NCBI GenBank assembly: GCA_963737905.1
Contig: CAVTUQ010000019.1
Location: forward strand, 128,001-192,000
Length of the DNA: 64,000 bases
Source of the DNA: an uncultured delta proteobacterium
Lineage (GTDB): Bacteria; Desulfobacterota; Binatia; UBA9968
Direction of reading: 5' to 3'
In this document: positions 10,345-19,686 of the stretch, piece by piece
Layout: the number at the start of each line of letters is the position of its first letter
How positions within the stretch are numbered: position 1 is the first letter of the stretch
The notes under the pieces: model-generated
The model's database searches: none
Told to the model about the DNA's origin: nothing
Seen by the model: the letters and a program-made list of their open reading frames with translations, nothing else
Program-made: the position numbers and the translations under genes

Positions 10345-11352
10345 ATGCTCAGGCTTTCGGTTTTGTTGTTTGGATGGCTACTCATCTTGGTGGCGCCGCC
10401 CGCCTTCGGGCAAACTACGGCACTCATCGAAGCCGCCAAAAAAGAAGGCGGGAAAGTAATCGTCTATACCTCCATGGAGACGTTTACGGCAGACGCGCTC
10501 CAAAAGGCCTTTCAATCGAAGACCGGCCTGCAAATGGAGTACTGGCGCGGCGGTTCTACCGAGGTCATCGATCGTGTTCTGAGCGAGCACCGCGTCGGCA
10601 AACCAACCTTCGATGTCGTGGCCACCACCGGCGATCACATGCACTTGATGGCGAAGGAAGGTGCCTTCATCAAATACGAATCGCCCTCGTTGAAAGGATT
10701 TGCCAAGGAGGCCATCGATCCGACCCTGGGCGCCCGTTACCGCAACGTCTTGTACGGCGTCATTTATAATAAAAATGGCATCAAAGCATCGGAAGCACCG
10801 AAGACCCTGGAAGATGTAGTCAAACCGGAGTACCGCGGCAAGCTCGTCATGCCCCATCCGGTCAATCACACCCTGACAACGCAATGGCTTGCGAGCCTCG
10901 ACAAGATTATGCCGAAGCCGCGCGCGGAGAAATTTATCCGCGATCTGGCGGCTGCAAAACCCATCTTCGTGGAGTCCATCGTACCGGCGGCCGATCGCGT
11001 CGGCACCGGGGAAACGCCGGTCGGAATCACTTTCGTGCGCTTCGTGTTAACGTACAACAAACAGGGCGCCAATCTTGATTACGTCCGTGACTATAACATG
11101 CTTGGCGACGGGCAATACATCGCCCTGGGAGCCAAGGCGCCCCGAGCCAATGCCGGCAAAGCTTTCATCGACTTCTTCCTCGACGACGAGAGCATGAAAA
11201 TTCAGGCGAACACCGGTGAGTTCGTGAATCGAAAAGGCATCTATCCGCCGCTGGCCGACGCGGACAAAATCAAGTTCGTGCAGATGTATCAGTTTGGGAA
11301 AGAAGATTACGAGATTAAGAAAAAAGAATATCAGAAGATTTTTCTACAGTAG
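10345..11352 (+). CDS. Extracellular solute-binding protein (Fe3+/polyamine/thiamine cluster-D type)
   Basis: Signal peptide, AAKKEGGKVIVYTS, YNKN...APKTLED and KAPRANAGKAFIDF. AAGGAG RBS. Confidence 0.85.
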   Translation: MLRLSVLLFGWLLILVAPPAFGQTTALIEAAKKEGGKVIVYTSMETFTADALQKAFQSKTGLQMEYWRGGSTEVIDRVLSEHRVGKPTFDVVATTGDHMHLMAKEGAFIKYESPSLKGFAKEAIDPTLGARYRNVLYGVIYNKNGIKASEAPKTLEDVVKPEYRGKLVMPHPVNHTLTTQWLASLDKIMPKPRAEKFIRDLAAAKPIFVESIVPAADRVGTGETPVGITFVRFVLTYNKQGANLDYVRDYNMLGDGQYIALGAKAPRANAGKAFIDFFLDDESMKIQANTGEFVNRKGIYPPLADADKIKFVQMYQFGKEDYEIKKKEYQKIFLQ

Positions 11353-11369
11353 GTATTCAGGAGAGAACG

Positions 11370-12443
11370 ATGTCAGGATTCGTTATTGATGCCGACGGGC
11401 ATGTGATGGAGCAACACCAGGACCTCTTCGCTCACATCAAAGGAAATTTTGGCGAAATGAATTGGCATTCCACCTGGCCCATGTTCGATGCCGACGGCTG
11501 GCAGCGGGGTCTGTCGCGCAAGGGAAAGCGCGAAGATCCGGATGCCGAGGCGTGGATTCGTTTTCAGAACGAGAACGGCATCGACTGTGCCGTGCTTTAC
11601 CCAACCTCGGCCCTCGCGTTGGGGATGATCCAGCTACCCGCCTGGGCGTCCGCTCTCGCGCAAGGCTATAACGACTGGCTGCACCATCGCTTCATCAGCC
11701 AGACGCCCCGCCTAAAAGGAGTCGCGCTGCTGGCACCGCAGGATCCCAAAGCCGCGGCCGGGGAACTTAGGCGGTCAGTGAAAGAACTCGGCTTCGCTGG
11801 CGGACTGTTGCCCTCGGTGACGAACAATCGCCTCCCCCTGTATGGCTCATCCGTCTTTCACGAAATCTACGATGAGGCTCAACGATTGGATGTGCCCCTC
11901 GCCATCCATGGGGGAGTCAGCCAAAATCTCGGCCTCGACCGCGTCTGCAGTTTTTTGGAGGCGCACATGCTGGAACACCCGGTGGGGTTGTTCCTGCAAA
12001 TTACCAATATGATGTTTCAAGGGGTTTTTCAGGAATTTCCCAGGCTGCGCGTCGCATTTCTGGAAGCCGGGGCCGGCTGGGTGCCGTTCATGATGGACCG
12101 GATGGAGGAAGACTACGAAAAATTCGCCGCCCGTCTGGCGCCGCATCTAAAGAACCCGCCGAGTCATTTTTTTAAAAGCGGCAACATTTTCGTCACGATG
12201 GAAGTTGAGGAACGTACCGCCCCCTATGTCGTCGACCTGCTCCGCCCTGACGTCATCATGTGGGCCTCGGACTTTCCCCACGAGCGCGAGCGCGACCAAT
12301 TCGGCGGCGACCTGCCTCATCTGATGGGACGGAAAGATCTTTCCGACGAGATCAAACAAAAGATGCTCTTCGACAATCCGGTCCGTTTCTATCGGTTCAG
12401 CGAAGGCGATATCGCCGCGGTGAAAAATGCGAAAGGGGATTAG
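11370..12443 (+). CDS. Amidohydrolase_2 family (LigW/ACMSD-like decarboxylase/hydrolase)
   Basis: Metal motifs IDADGH, PLAIH, FLEAGAGW and WASDFPH. Confidence 0.9.
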   Translation: MSGFVIDADGHVMEQHQDLFAHIKGNFGEMNWHSTWPMFDADGWQRGLSRKGKREDPDAEAWIRFQNENGIDCAVLYPTSALALGMIQLPAWASALAQGYNDWLHHRFISQTPRLKGVALLAPQDPKAAAGELRRSVKELGFAGGLLPSVTNNRLPLYGSSVFHEIYDEAQRLDVPLAIHGGVSQNLGLDRVCSFLEAHMLEHPVGLFLQITNMMFQGVFQEFPRLRVAFLEAGAGWVPFMMDRMEEDYEKFAARLAPHLKNPPSHFFKSGNIFVTMEVEERTAPYVVDLLRPDVIMWASDFPHERERDQFGGDLPHLMGRKDLSDEIKQKMLFDNPVRFYRFSEGDIAAVKNAKGD

Positions 12444-12514
12444 GACAACGATCAGTAGCCGATCTCGTCGGAAGGAAGATCGGCTGGCGGCCCATCTTGG
12501 TTGCGAGGTTTATC

Positions 12515-13495
12515 CTACCGGCCCAACAGCTTCCGCACGAAACCCTCTTCTTCCAGCTTCTTCAGATAGCGATCGGTGACATAGTTATTGGCGTTGACTT
12601 TAGCCAATTTTGGCTCGCGCTCGATGAGGGGATCGATTACGGCTTGCATGGCCGTCGCAGAGGGATACGGCACGTCGGGGATGCGCGCTTTGTTGTATTC
12701 GTAAGCTTCTTTCAACAATTCCTGGTCGTTGACGCGGCTAAACTGCGCCAGCGCTTTCAAGGTATATTCCGGCTCGGTCTTGAAAATTTTGATCGCTTCC
12801 AGGTAAGCGCGGAGAAAATTCAAAGTCTTGCTCTCATGCTTTTGCAGCAACTTCGCGCTTCCGCAGATCCCGGTGTTAAAATACGGGATGCCCAGCGCAG
12901 CGGCATCGGCGAGGATATTGAAGTTAAATTTCTTTGCCTCCGAGCCGAAAGGGGCGTTAAAAACCGACGCGTCGATGTTGCCTGATTTGAGAGCGACCAG
13001 CCGCTCCGTTTCGTTACCGATCTGTAGAATCGTTACTTCCTTTGGATCGATACCAACTTTCTTTAGAAGAGTCCGCACTCCGAATTCCGACGACGAACCG
13101 AAGCGGCTGATACCGAAACGTTTGCCTTTTAGCTCCGCTACGCTCTTAATTTGAGATCCCGTTACCAGTTGGTACCCCATGCGATCGTCCGACATGGCGA
13201 TATAGAGGATATCGGCGCCCCGCAAATTGGCGGTTACGCCCGGGGCGCCGGTAAGCTGAGCCACGTCCGCGTCTCCCGAGATCAGGGCTTGAACCGCCGT
13301 ACTGCCACCCGGAACGTAAACCAGAACGGACGACAAGCCGTACTTTGCATAAAGCCCGCGTTTTTCTGCGATCGACGCCAGAAGAGCGTGGGGATTGACC
13401 GAACTATAAATGATCCGCAGGCTTTCTTGGGCGCGAGCATTGGGCTCCGCGAACAGACTCAAGCAGAAACAAAATAGTAGAATCGCAGGCTTCAT
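12515..13495 (-). CDS. ABC-type substrate-binding protein, NMT1/SsuA-like
   Basis: Signal peptide from MKPAILL, with a GGAGAGG RBS supporting start 13495. Motifs LKGKRFGISRFGSSS and LEEEGF. Confidence 0.88.
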   Translation of the reverse strand: MKPAILLFCFCLSLFAEPNARAQESLRIIYSSVNPHALLASIAEKRGLYAKYGLSSVLVYVPGGSTAVQALISGDADVAQLTGAPGVTANLRGADILYIAMSDDRMGYQLVTGSQIKSVAELKGKRFGISRFGSSSEFGVRTLLKKVGIDPKEVTILQIGNETERLVALKSGNIDASVFNAPFGSEAKKFNFNILADAAALGIPYFNTGICGSAKLLQKHESKTLNFLRAYLEAIKIFKTEPEYTLKALAQFSRVNDQELLKEAYEYNKARIPDVPYPSATAMQAVIDPLIEREPKLAKVNANNYVTDRYLKKLEEEGFVRKLLGR

Positions 13496-13612
13496 CTTTG
13501 CCTCTCCATCGTCTGCCCCGCAACATCGATAGCTAGAATTTGCGCCATAGCATCCTCCTCGTCGTTTCAATTACGCTTCTACTCGTTTCGTCGGATGGCT
13601 GTCAACGAGGAA

Positions 13613-13686
13613 TGGAGTGATGGAGTATTGGAGTGTTGGACTTTCCAGCGACTTGAGACTCGGAACGCGGAAAATCGAGACTTGGG
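13613..13686. repeat. Intergenic degenerate 8-bp and 7-bp tandem repeats
   Basis: TGGAGTGA-TGGAGTAT-TGGAGTGT-TGGA followed by GAGACTC/GGAACGC/GGAAAAT/CGAGACT-like units. A related TGGAAT-type array lies at about 53450-53472. Confidence 0.6.
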
Positions 13687-13690
13687 TCCG

Positions 13691-14542
13691 CTATGTTCTC
13701 GCGTAGTCCGCGAGGGCGGCACGCCAGTCTCGCATCGGGGACAGACCAAGCTCTTCAGAGAGTACACAGCGCATCGGGGTGTAGCGGGGTCGAACGGCGG
13801 CTCTTTGCATATCCGCTTCCTTCACCACTTCGATGAGAGGGTCGAGCTGCTCTCGACTCAAACCGCCGAGACGTCCCGCTTCCAGGGCGAATTCATAATA
13901 GGAGCAAACACCCTCGTTAACGATATGGTAGGTGCCGTAACGACCTTTGCCCAGAATTTGGAGTATACGCTTGATCAGATCTTCGACGTACGTCGTGCTG
14001 GACCAGATATCGACGATGGCGCGAACCCGTTTCCCGGCGCACAGGTCGTCGTGCACGGTGCAGAGAAAACTATTTTTGCCGCTGCCATAAACCCACGAAG
14101 TGCGAATGATATAGCTCCGACCACAAGCATCCCGTACTGCTTCCTCGCTCGCGACTTTTGTTCTGCCGTATCCATTGACCGGTCGCGGCTCGTCCTTAAT
14201 TGTGTACGGCGGCCGGCCGATGGGCTCGCCGTCAAAGGCATACTGGGTGCTGAAGTGAATGATCTCCGCGTCCAGCCGGGTGGCCGCTGCCGAGAGAAAT
14301 CGCGGTCCCTCGACGTTAACCGCCCGAGCTTTGCCCGGATTTTGTTCGGCCTCGTCGACCTGTATCACTGCACAATTGACGATCAAAGACGGTCTAATGG
14401 AGAGCGCACAACGATTGACGGCATCGCGATCCGTGATATCGAGGTCGCCATGCCTCAGCGCCCATAGGTCGTGATCACCGGCCAATGCGCGTGCCAGATG
14501 GCTGCCCACGAGCCCCTCCGCGCCTGTGACAAGAATTCTCAC
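13691..14542 (-). CDS. rfbD: dTDP-4-dehydrorhamnose reductase (RmlD)-like SDR
   Basis: RILVTGAEGLVG, DLDITD, STQYAFDG, YGRTK, RTSWVYG and GTYH. Start GTG 14542 is likely; the ORF extends to 14596. Confidence 0.75.
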   Translation of the reverse strand: MRILVTGAEGLVGSHLARALAGDHDLWALRHGDLDITDRDAVNRCALSIRPSLIVNCAVIQVDEAEQNPGKARAVNVEGPRFLSAAATRLDAEIIHFSTQYAFDGEPIGRPPYTIKDEPRPVNGYGRTKVASEEAVRDACGRSYIIRTSWVYGSGKNSFLCTVHDDLCAGKRVRAIVDIWSSTTYVEDLIKRILQILGKGRYGTYHIVNEGVCSYYEFALEAGRLGGLSREQLDPLIEVVKEADMQRAAVRPRYTPMRCVLSEELGLSPMRDWRAALADYART

Positions 14543-14602
14543 TGTGACGACGACTTTAAAACGAACGGGCGCGGTCATCAAGGACGTGAAAAACACCGTT
14601 AA

Positions 14603-15466
14603 TTAACGATTCAGCAACGCGACCGCTATCAGTCCCACGATTAGTCCGAAAGTCTTCAAACGAGAGAGTTGCTCCTTGAACAGGATCATCGCGAGTAATG
14701 AGCTCACGCCAACGACGCCAACGCTGTAGATAGGGAACAATTGCGAGCTCTGCCAACCTTCCAGACTCAGGACTTTGACGAGACAGTAAATCGCACCGTA
14801 GTTTATCAAGCCTAGAAGTCCACCCCATATGAAGTCTCCGGCGTGAACTCCGACTTTATTAAGAATCTGCGCGAGCCCAATGGCAATACTTGTTGCAAAG
14901 GCAAAGAAAAAAGACGTCGTCACGTAGAGGTGGTAGGAAGAACTGTCGAGATAGCGCGCCTGCGTGAACTTCAGCAACGTGAAGTGACAGCCGAACATGA
15001 AGAACACGAGAATCGGCAGGATTCGACGCAACCCTACATGAGTAACGCCCAAGTCCTGCCCGGTCACCGTGCAAAGATAAAGCGACGAGAGCGCGGTTGC
15101 CAACCCGACGATCTTCACGCTGTTCAACGAGTCGCCGTAGAGGAGGAAAGCCAGGATCGCCGGGATAGCCACCGACAACCGACTCGCCAGAGCCGCAACC
15201 GAGACACCCGCGCGCTGGGCGGTATAGGCCAACAAGTAAAAGTTCACGGCGAGAATGAATCCTTGCAGCAGCGCAAACAAAAACCACGGCCGTGATACAA
15301 GCTCGAAAACGTCACGCGACGCCGGGTCGAAGATTGCTCCCACCACCATGCAGGTGAAGTAGTTTATCGGGATTGCCCAGAAGAGATTCACCCGCCAATC
15401 GCCGAACGCCCGGAATAACAACGGCAACGAAGCCGAGCAAAGAATCGCGAGCAACAGGAAAATCAT
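14603..15466 (-). CDS. EamA/DMT family transporter
   Basis: About 10 hydrophobic helices in two repeats; C-terminal LFKEQLSR motif. Confidence 0.8.
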   Translation of the reverse strand: MIFLLLAILCSASLPLLFRAFGDWRVNLFWAIPINYFTCMVVGAIFDPASRDVFELVSRPWFLFALLQGFILAVNFYLLAYTAQRAGVSVAALASRLSVAIPAILAFLLYGDSLNSVKIVGLATALSSLYLCTVTGQDLGVTHVGLRRILPILVFFMFGCHFTLLKFTQARYLDSSSYHLYVTTSFFFAFATSIAIGLAQILNKVGVHAGDFIWGGLLGLINYGAIYCLVKVLSLEGWQSSQLFPIYSVGVVGVSSLLAMILFKEQLSRLKTFGLIVGLIAVALLNR

Positions 15467-15472
15467 CGAGGG

Positions 15473-16825
15473 CTAGAAACGCAGCGCGCTTAAGCGAGTC
15501 ATGAGATCGAGGTTTGCTTTTCTCGCCTCTTCCAAGACCTTTCCCTCTTCCGCGAGTTGGAGCTGGCGGTCTCTCATTATGACCCGCCCATCAACGATGA
15601 CTGTTTGAACATCGCTCGCCTTGGCGCAGTGCACGAGCTGGCTAAAGAGATCATTGACAGGTTGGTTGTGGATCGTATCCAAGTCCACCAGTATCAGATC
15701 CGCCCGCTTCCCGACGTCGATGGTTCCACAGAGGGACGCGAGCCCCAAAGCGCGAGCGCCGCCCGCGGTGGCCATGCGAAGAACCGTATACGGATCGATA
15801 ACTCCCGCATCCAGGTGATGCACCTTTTGCAGCAAAGAGGCGGTTTTCATGGTTTCGAAAAGGTCCTGGGAATGATTGCTGGCCGCCCCATCGGTGCCAA
15901 GCGCAACGTTGACCCCGTGACGCAGCATCGCGACCACAGGCGCAACACCGTCGCCCAGTATCATGTTGCTCACGGGATTGTGGGAGACCGACGTGCCGCG
16001 CTCCTCGAGAATCTGAATCTCGGCGTCTGAAATATGAACGCAGTGGGCAAACAGGGAGGTTTTGGCAGGAATGCCAAAATCGTCGAGAAATTTCACGACT
16101 CCGGATTTCCCGTGCTTCTCCTCGGTGAATTCGACCACGGACTTGGACTCCGCAACGTGAGCGCTGATGCCGATTCTCTTATCGTCCGCGAAACGCCGGA
16201 TGTCCCTCAGCAACTCCGGCGTCGTGTTGAGCGGCGGTGTGTTGGGGCCGGTCATAAATGAAAAAAGCTCGTTTTGTTTATTCCCATCGATAATCGTTTC
16301 GATATGCCGAAAGGCTTGATCCGAGTTTTCTTTTACGCAGTCGGGAACCATCTCCCCGGTGTCCATGATGGTTCTGGCAAACACCGCGCGCAACCCGGAG
16401 TCTCGTATCGCGCGAACCGTTTCAAACGCACACCCAGGGTGAGGATTGAGAAAATTATGCTCGCAAAGCGTGGTGACGCCGCTTCGGATGGCTTCAATGC
16501 AGCCCAGCCTTGTTCCGGCGTAGAAGTGCTCCGGGCGAAGGACCTGCGCCGCGCCGTAGATTCGTTTGAGCCACGGCAAGAGGGGGAGATCTTCCCACAC
16601 CGCGCGCAGTAAAACCTGGTAGAGATGCGTGTGGGCGTTCACTAGACCCGGCATCAAGACCGAGCCGGATGCGTCGATGATGTCTGGGTCAGTGCCGGTT
16701 TGGTTCGCTGAGCCTTCGCTTACTTCCGTGATGACGCCGTCTTGGACGCGCACGTAGCCGGAGAACGACTTGCGCTCTTCCGTCATCGGAACAACAAGGG
16801 CATTGGCGAGGGTCAGGCGGCTCAC
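15473..16825 (-). CDS. Metal-dependent amidohydrolase/deaminase (MtaD/AtzA-type)
   Basis: Motifs PGLVNAHTH, SAHVAES, AHCVH, HNPVSNM, LGTDGAASN and GKRADL. Confidence 0.9.
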   Translation of the reverse strand: MSRLTLANALVVPMTEERKSFSGYVRVQDGVITEVSEGSANQTGTDPDIIDASGSVLMPGLVNAHTHLYQVLLRAVWEDLPLLPWLKRIYGAAQVLRPEHFYAGTRLGCIEAIRSGVTTLCEHNFLNPHPGCAFETVRAIRDSGLRAVFARTIMDTGEMVPDCVKENSDQAFRHIETIIDGNKQNELFSFMTGPNTPPLNTTPELLRDIRRFADDKRIGISAHVAESKSVVEFTEEKHGKSGVVKFLDDFGIPAKTSLFAHCVHISDAEIQILEERGTSVSHNPVSNMILGDGVAPVVAMLRHGVNVALGTDGAASNHSQDLFETMKTASLLQKVHHLDAGVIDPYTVLRMATAGGARALGLASLCGTIDVGKRADLILVDLDTIHNQPVNDLFSQLVHCAKASDVQTVIVDGRVIMRDRQLQLAEEGKVLEEARKANLDLMTRLSALRF

Positions 16826-16845
16826 TCTAGATTCCTGGTCCTAAG

Positions 16846-17835
16846 TTAGCTCGCTTTGCCGTAAAGCCGGTCGATAAAGCCGCTCTTCTTGATCTCCTCC
16901 ATCAAGCTCGTGTCCATGAAACTTTCTGCTCGCGCGCCGCGGGCTTTGGGAGTCAAGAGCGCATCGATCGCCGTCTGAATACCCTTGGCTTCGGGAAGCG
17001 GATATGGATTCATGCTCTTTACGAGCCGCTCGTAAACCGGCTCGACTTCCGGTTCGTCGATGCTTTGTCGTAGCACGGCTTTGGCAATTTCCGGCTTGGT
17101 CTTGAACACGTAGATCCCTTCCGTCAAGGCCTCAAGGAAGCGGCGGATATTCGGCCTTTGGGTTCTCAGCAATGAACCATCAACAACGACTCCGTAGTTC
17201 GCGTAGTCCAGCGGCAGTTCAGCAAGGTCGGCAAAAACCCGACAGCATCCGCTGGCTAAGATTTTTTGCACCTGGGTAGAGCTGACGATGGCCGCGTCCA
17301 TATGACCGCCCATCAAGGCGGCGATTCGAGTCGGTGTATTGCCGGATTGCAGTATGCGTACGTCTTTATCGGGATCGAGTTTCCAGTAACGCAGGATGAC
17401 GCGGGTGATAATGTCTGATCCTGAACCGTAGCGGCTGATGGCGACCGTTTTCCCTTTGAGGTCGGCTGGAGTGTTGATGGCTTTACGTACGACGAAAAAG
17501 GGCTCCAAACGGTTGATCATGACCGATATGACTTTGATGTCGGTGGCGCCGGAAACACCCAGGCTTAAGAGCGCTGTCACATCGAAGCCTGCCAAACCGA
17601 TATCGCCGGCTGAAAGCGTCTGGGCCATTAACGTTCCGCTGGTCAGGTAGATCGGTCTCACATCGACGCCGTGTTTGCGCCAGAGATTAGCGCGCTCGGT
17701 TACCCTGATGAGATCAGCGCCAACTCCACTGCCGCTGAAACCCAAATTCAAAACCGGGATAGTCTGCGCGCTCGTCTTAACGGAGCAGGTCAGAACTAGC
17801 GCAATGGAAACCCAGAGTGTGAAGCGCTTTATCAT
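16846..17835 (-). CDS. ABC-type substrate-binding protein, NMT1/SsuA-like
   Basis: AAGGAGGAG RBS before MIKRF, signal peptide, and motifs DLKGKTVAISRYGSGSD and KSGFIDRLY. Confidence 0.88.
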   Translation of the reverse strand: MIKRFTLWVSIALVLTCSVKTSAQTIPVLNLGFSGSGVGADLIRVTERANLWRKHGVDVRPIYLTSGTLMAQTLSAGDIGLAGFDVTALLSLGVSGATDIKVISVMINRLEPFFVVRKAINTPADLKGKTVAISRYGSGSDIITRVILRYWKLDPDKDVRILQSGNTPTRIAALMGGHMDAAIVSSTQVQKILASGCCRVFADLAELPLDYANYGVVVDGSLLRTQRPNIRRFLEALTEGIYVFKTKPEIAKAVLRQSIDEPEVEPVYERLVKSMNPYPLPEAKGIQTAIDALLTPKARGARAESFMDTSLMEEIKKSGFIDRLYGKAS

Positions 17836-18017
17836 AAAGCTCCTCCTTGCCGTCATCTTACCGGACCTGCGACTAATTGATACAGTGACAAGGGTGAAGT
17901 TAACAAGTCGTCTCGTTGCCCCAGGAGTCCGCCTTGGCCTTGACGATCTATCCCCGACAGGATTAAAGTAAAAAGGCTTGGTGATGCAAGCAAATTTAAT
18001 GGAAAAGAGGTAGCCCC

Positions 18018-18425
18018 ATGGCGCAGGAAGCGAAAATCTTCAAATATCAGACTCCCGAATTCGAGGGCGTCAAGAAGTCGATGATTGTGTGCAACAGCGA
18101 TCTCATGAAAGTCATGGTCCAGGTCGTGAAGGACGGGGGCGAAAACAACCTCCATACCCACACCGGCGACGATGCCTTCTGGTATGTGATGAACGGCGCC
18201 GTGAAATTCTACGGCGAGGGCGACAAGTTGATCGGCGAATTCAACAAAGGCGAGGGAATCTTGATTCCTCGGGGATTCAAATATTGGTTTGAAAGCTGTG
18301 CCGGCGAGCCGCTTGAAATTCTCCGCGTGACCGCGAAAGACCAGACCGTCGAAAACAAGCGGGTCAATCTCACAGCGCCCAAGCAGTGGATGATCGATCA
18401 AGGCACGCCTGGCGTCACGGCGTAG
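18018..18425 (+). CDS. Cupin domain protein
   Basis: Cupin motifs GGENNLHTH...D.FWYV and IPRGFKYWF; GAGG RBS. Confidence 0.85.
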   Translation: MAQEAKIFKYQTPEFEGVKKSMIVCNSDLMKVMVQVVKDGGENNLHTHTGDDAFWYVMNGAVKFYGEGDKLIGEFNKGEGILIPRGFKYWFESCAGEPLEILRVTAKDQTVENKRVNLTAPKQWMIDQGTPGVTA

Positions 18426-18617
18426 TCTCACCTTCCCTCTAAGCGATTCATCGATCGGACTTCATGACGACAGTCGCGAAGTCCGATTTCTTTTTGTTTG
18501 CGTGCTCCGGCCAAAGATTAACCCTGTTCCGAACATTAGTTCGAGCATTGAAGTGACTCTTTCCTGGGTAACGAAGTGTTTGTCGGAGCAGGGTTAATTC
18601 GTCTTCGCGGGGCCCGT

Positions 18618-19652
18618 CTACAGGAACCAGTGCAATATCTTAAGCGCCCCCTGCTCCACTGCGGACCGGTGATAGCTGACGGCGCTCTTATCGGCGAGTA
18701 CGGCGGCACGATGGGCGAGATACCATTCGTAGCTTTCGACGAACATCTCGTTGTTCGAATAGCGGGGAACCCATCCCAGCTTCGTGCGTGCCTTGGCAAT
18801 GTCAAAGTAAAAGGATCGTCCGTACATCGAGGCGTGATAGGCACCCAACGGTGAGATTCCCAGGCCGGAGGAGAGATTCATCGCAGCCACCATGGGCCAC
18901 ATCGGCAGAGACTTTACCTTGGATCCCGTACGCGCATAGTTGCAGAGATGCTCCAGCGCCTCGCGCATGGTCCCGAACCGGTTGGTGCCGCAATTAAAAG
19001 CGTCGCTACCCTTCAAGATACTTGCCCGTATACACCCTTCAGCAAAATCATCCGCATGCACGAATTGATAGATGTTTTTCCCGTCATCGAGCACAGGAAT
19101 ATTCTTCCCCTGATAAATCCATTCGAAAAGAATCTGAAAAATGCCCATTCGGCCGTGCCCCAAGATGGTACAGGGCCGGACAATGGACACATCCAGACCT
19201 TGCCGCGCATATTCGTGGCACAAGTCCTCTCCCGCTAGTTTGGTTTTTCCATACTCTTCCGCGGGAGCTGGCACAGCGTCCTCCGTTACCGGATTCGATT
19301 TAGGAATTCCGTACACCGCGCTCGAAGAGGTGTAGACCACCTTCTTTACCGCTCCGCGTGCGCAGGACTCTAGCAGGTTCTTTGTCCCGTCGCGGTTAAC
19401 ACTCCAGAGCAACGGTTTGTTTATGGCTATAGCCACCTGCGCTGCGTTATGGAAGACGACATCGATTCCCTCACAGGCTGACAGAACCGTATCAGGGTCG
19501 CGAATGTCCGCTTGCACCATCTCGGTTCCGGGATACTTATCCGCAGGCAGATTGATATCGAGGATGCGGACGAAGTAGCCGCGCTCCAAGAGCTTTCGAG
19601 TGAGCAGGTCACCGAAATAACCTGCGCCGCCAGTAACTAGAGACTTGATCAT
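18618..19652 (-). CDS. NAD-dependent epimerase/dehydratase (extended SDR, 3-beta-HSD-like)
   Basis: Motifs VTGGAGYFG, YTSSSAVYG, YGKTK and VRP. Confidence 0.9.
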   Translation of the reverse strand: MIKSLVTGGAGYFGDLLTRKLLERGYFVRILDINLPADKYPGTEMVQADIRDPDTVLSACEGIDVVFHNAAQVAIAINKPLLWSVNRDGTKNLLESCARGAVKKVVYTSSSAVYGIPKSNPVTEDAVPAPAEEYGKTKLAGEDLCHEYARQGLDVSIVRPCTILGHGRMGIFQILFEWIYQGKNIPVLDDGKNIYQFVHADDFAEGCIRASILKGSDAFNCGTNRFGTMREALEHLCNYARTGSKVKSLPMWPMVAAMNLSSGLGISPLGAYHASMYGRSFYFDIAKARTKLGWVPRYSNNEMFVESYEWYLAHRAAVLADKSAVSYHRSAVEQGALKILHWFL

Positions 19653-19686
19653 TTTTAGCCGAGACTAAGCCGATGGTTCCATCGCG

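Noticed and set aside
13595-14467. 290-aa plus-strand ORF
   Set aside because: It lies antisense to the RmlD-like gene, begins in a repeat array and has no recognisable motifs.
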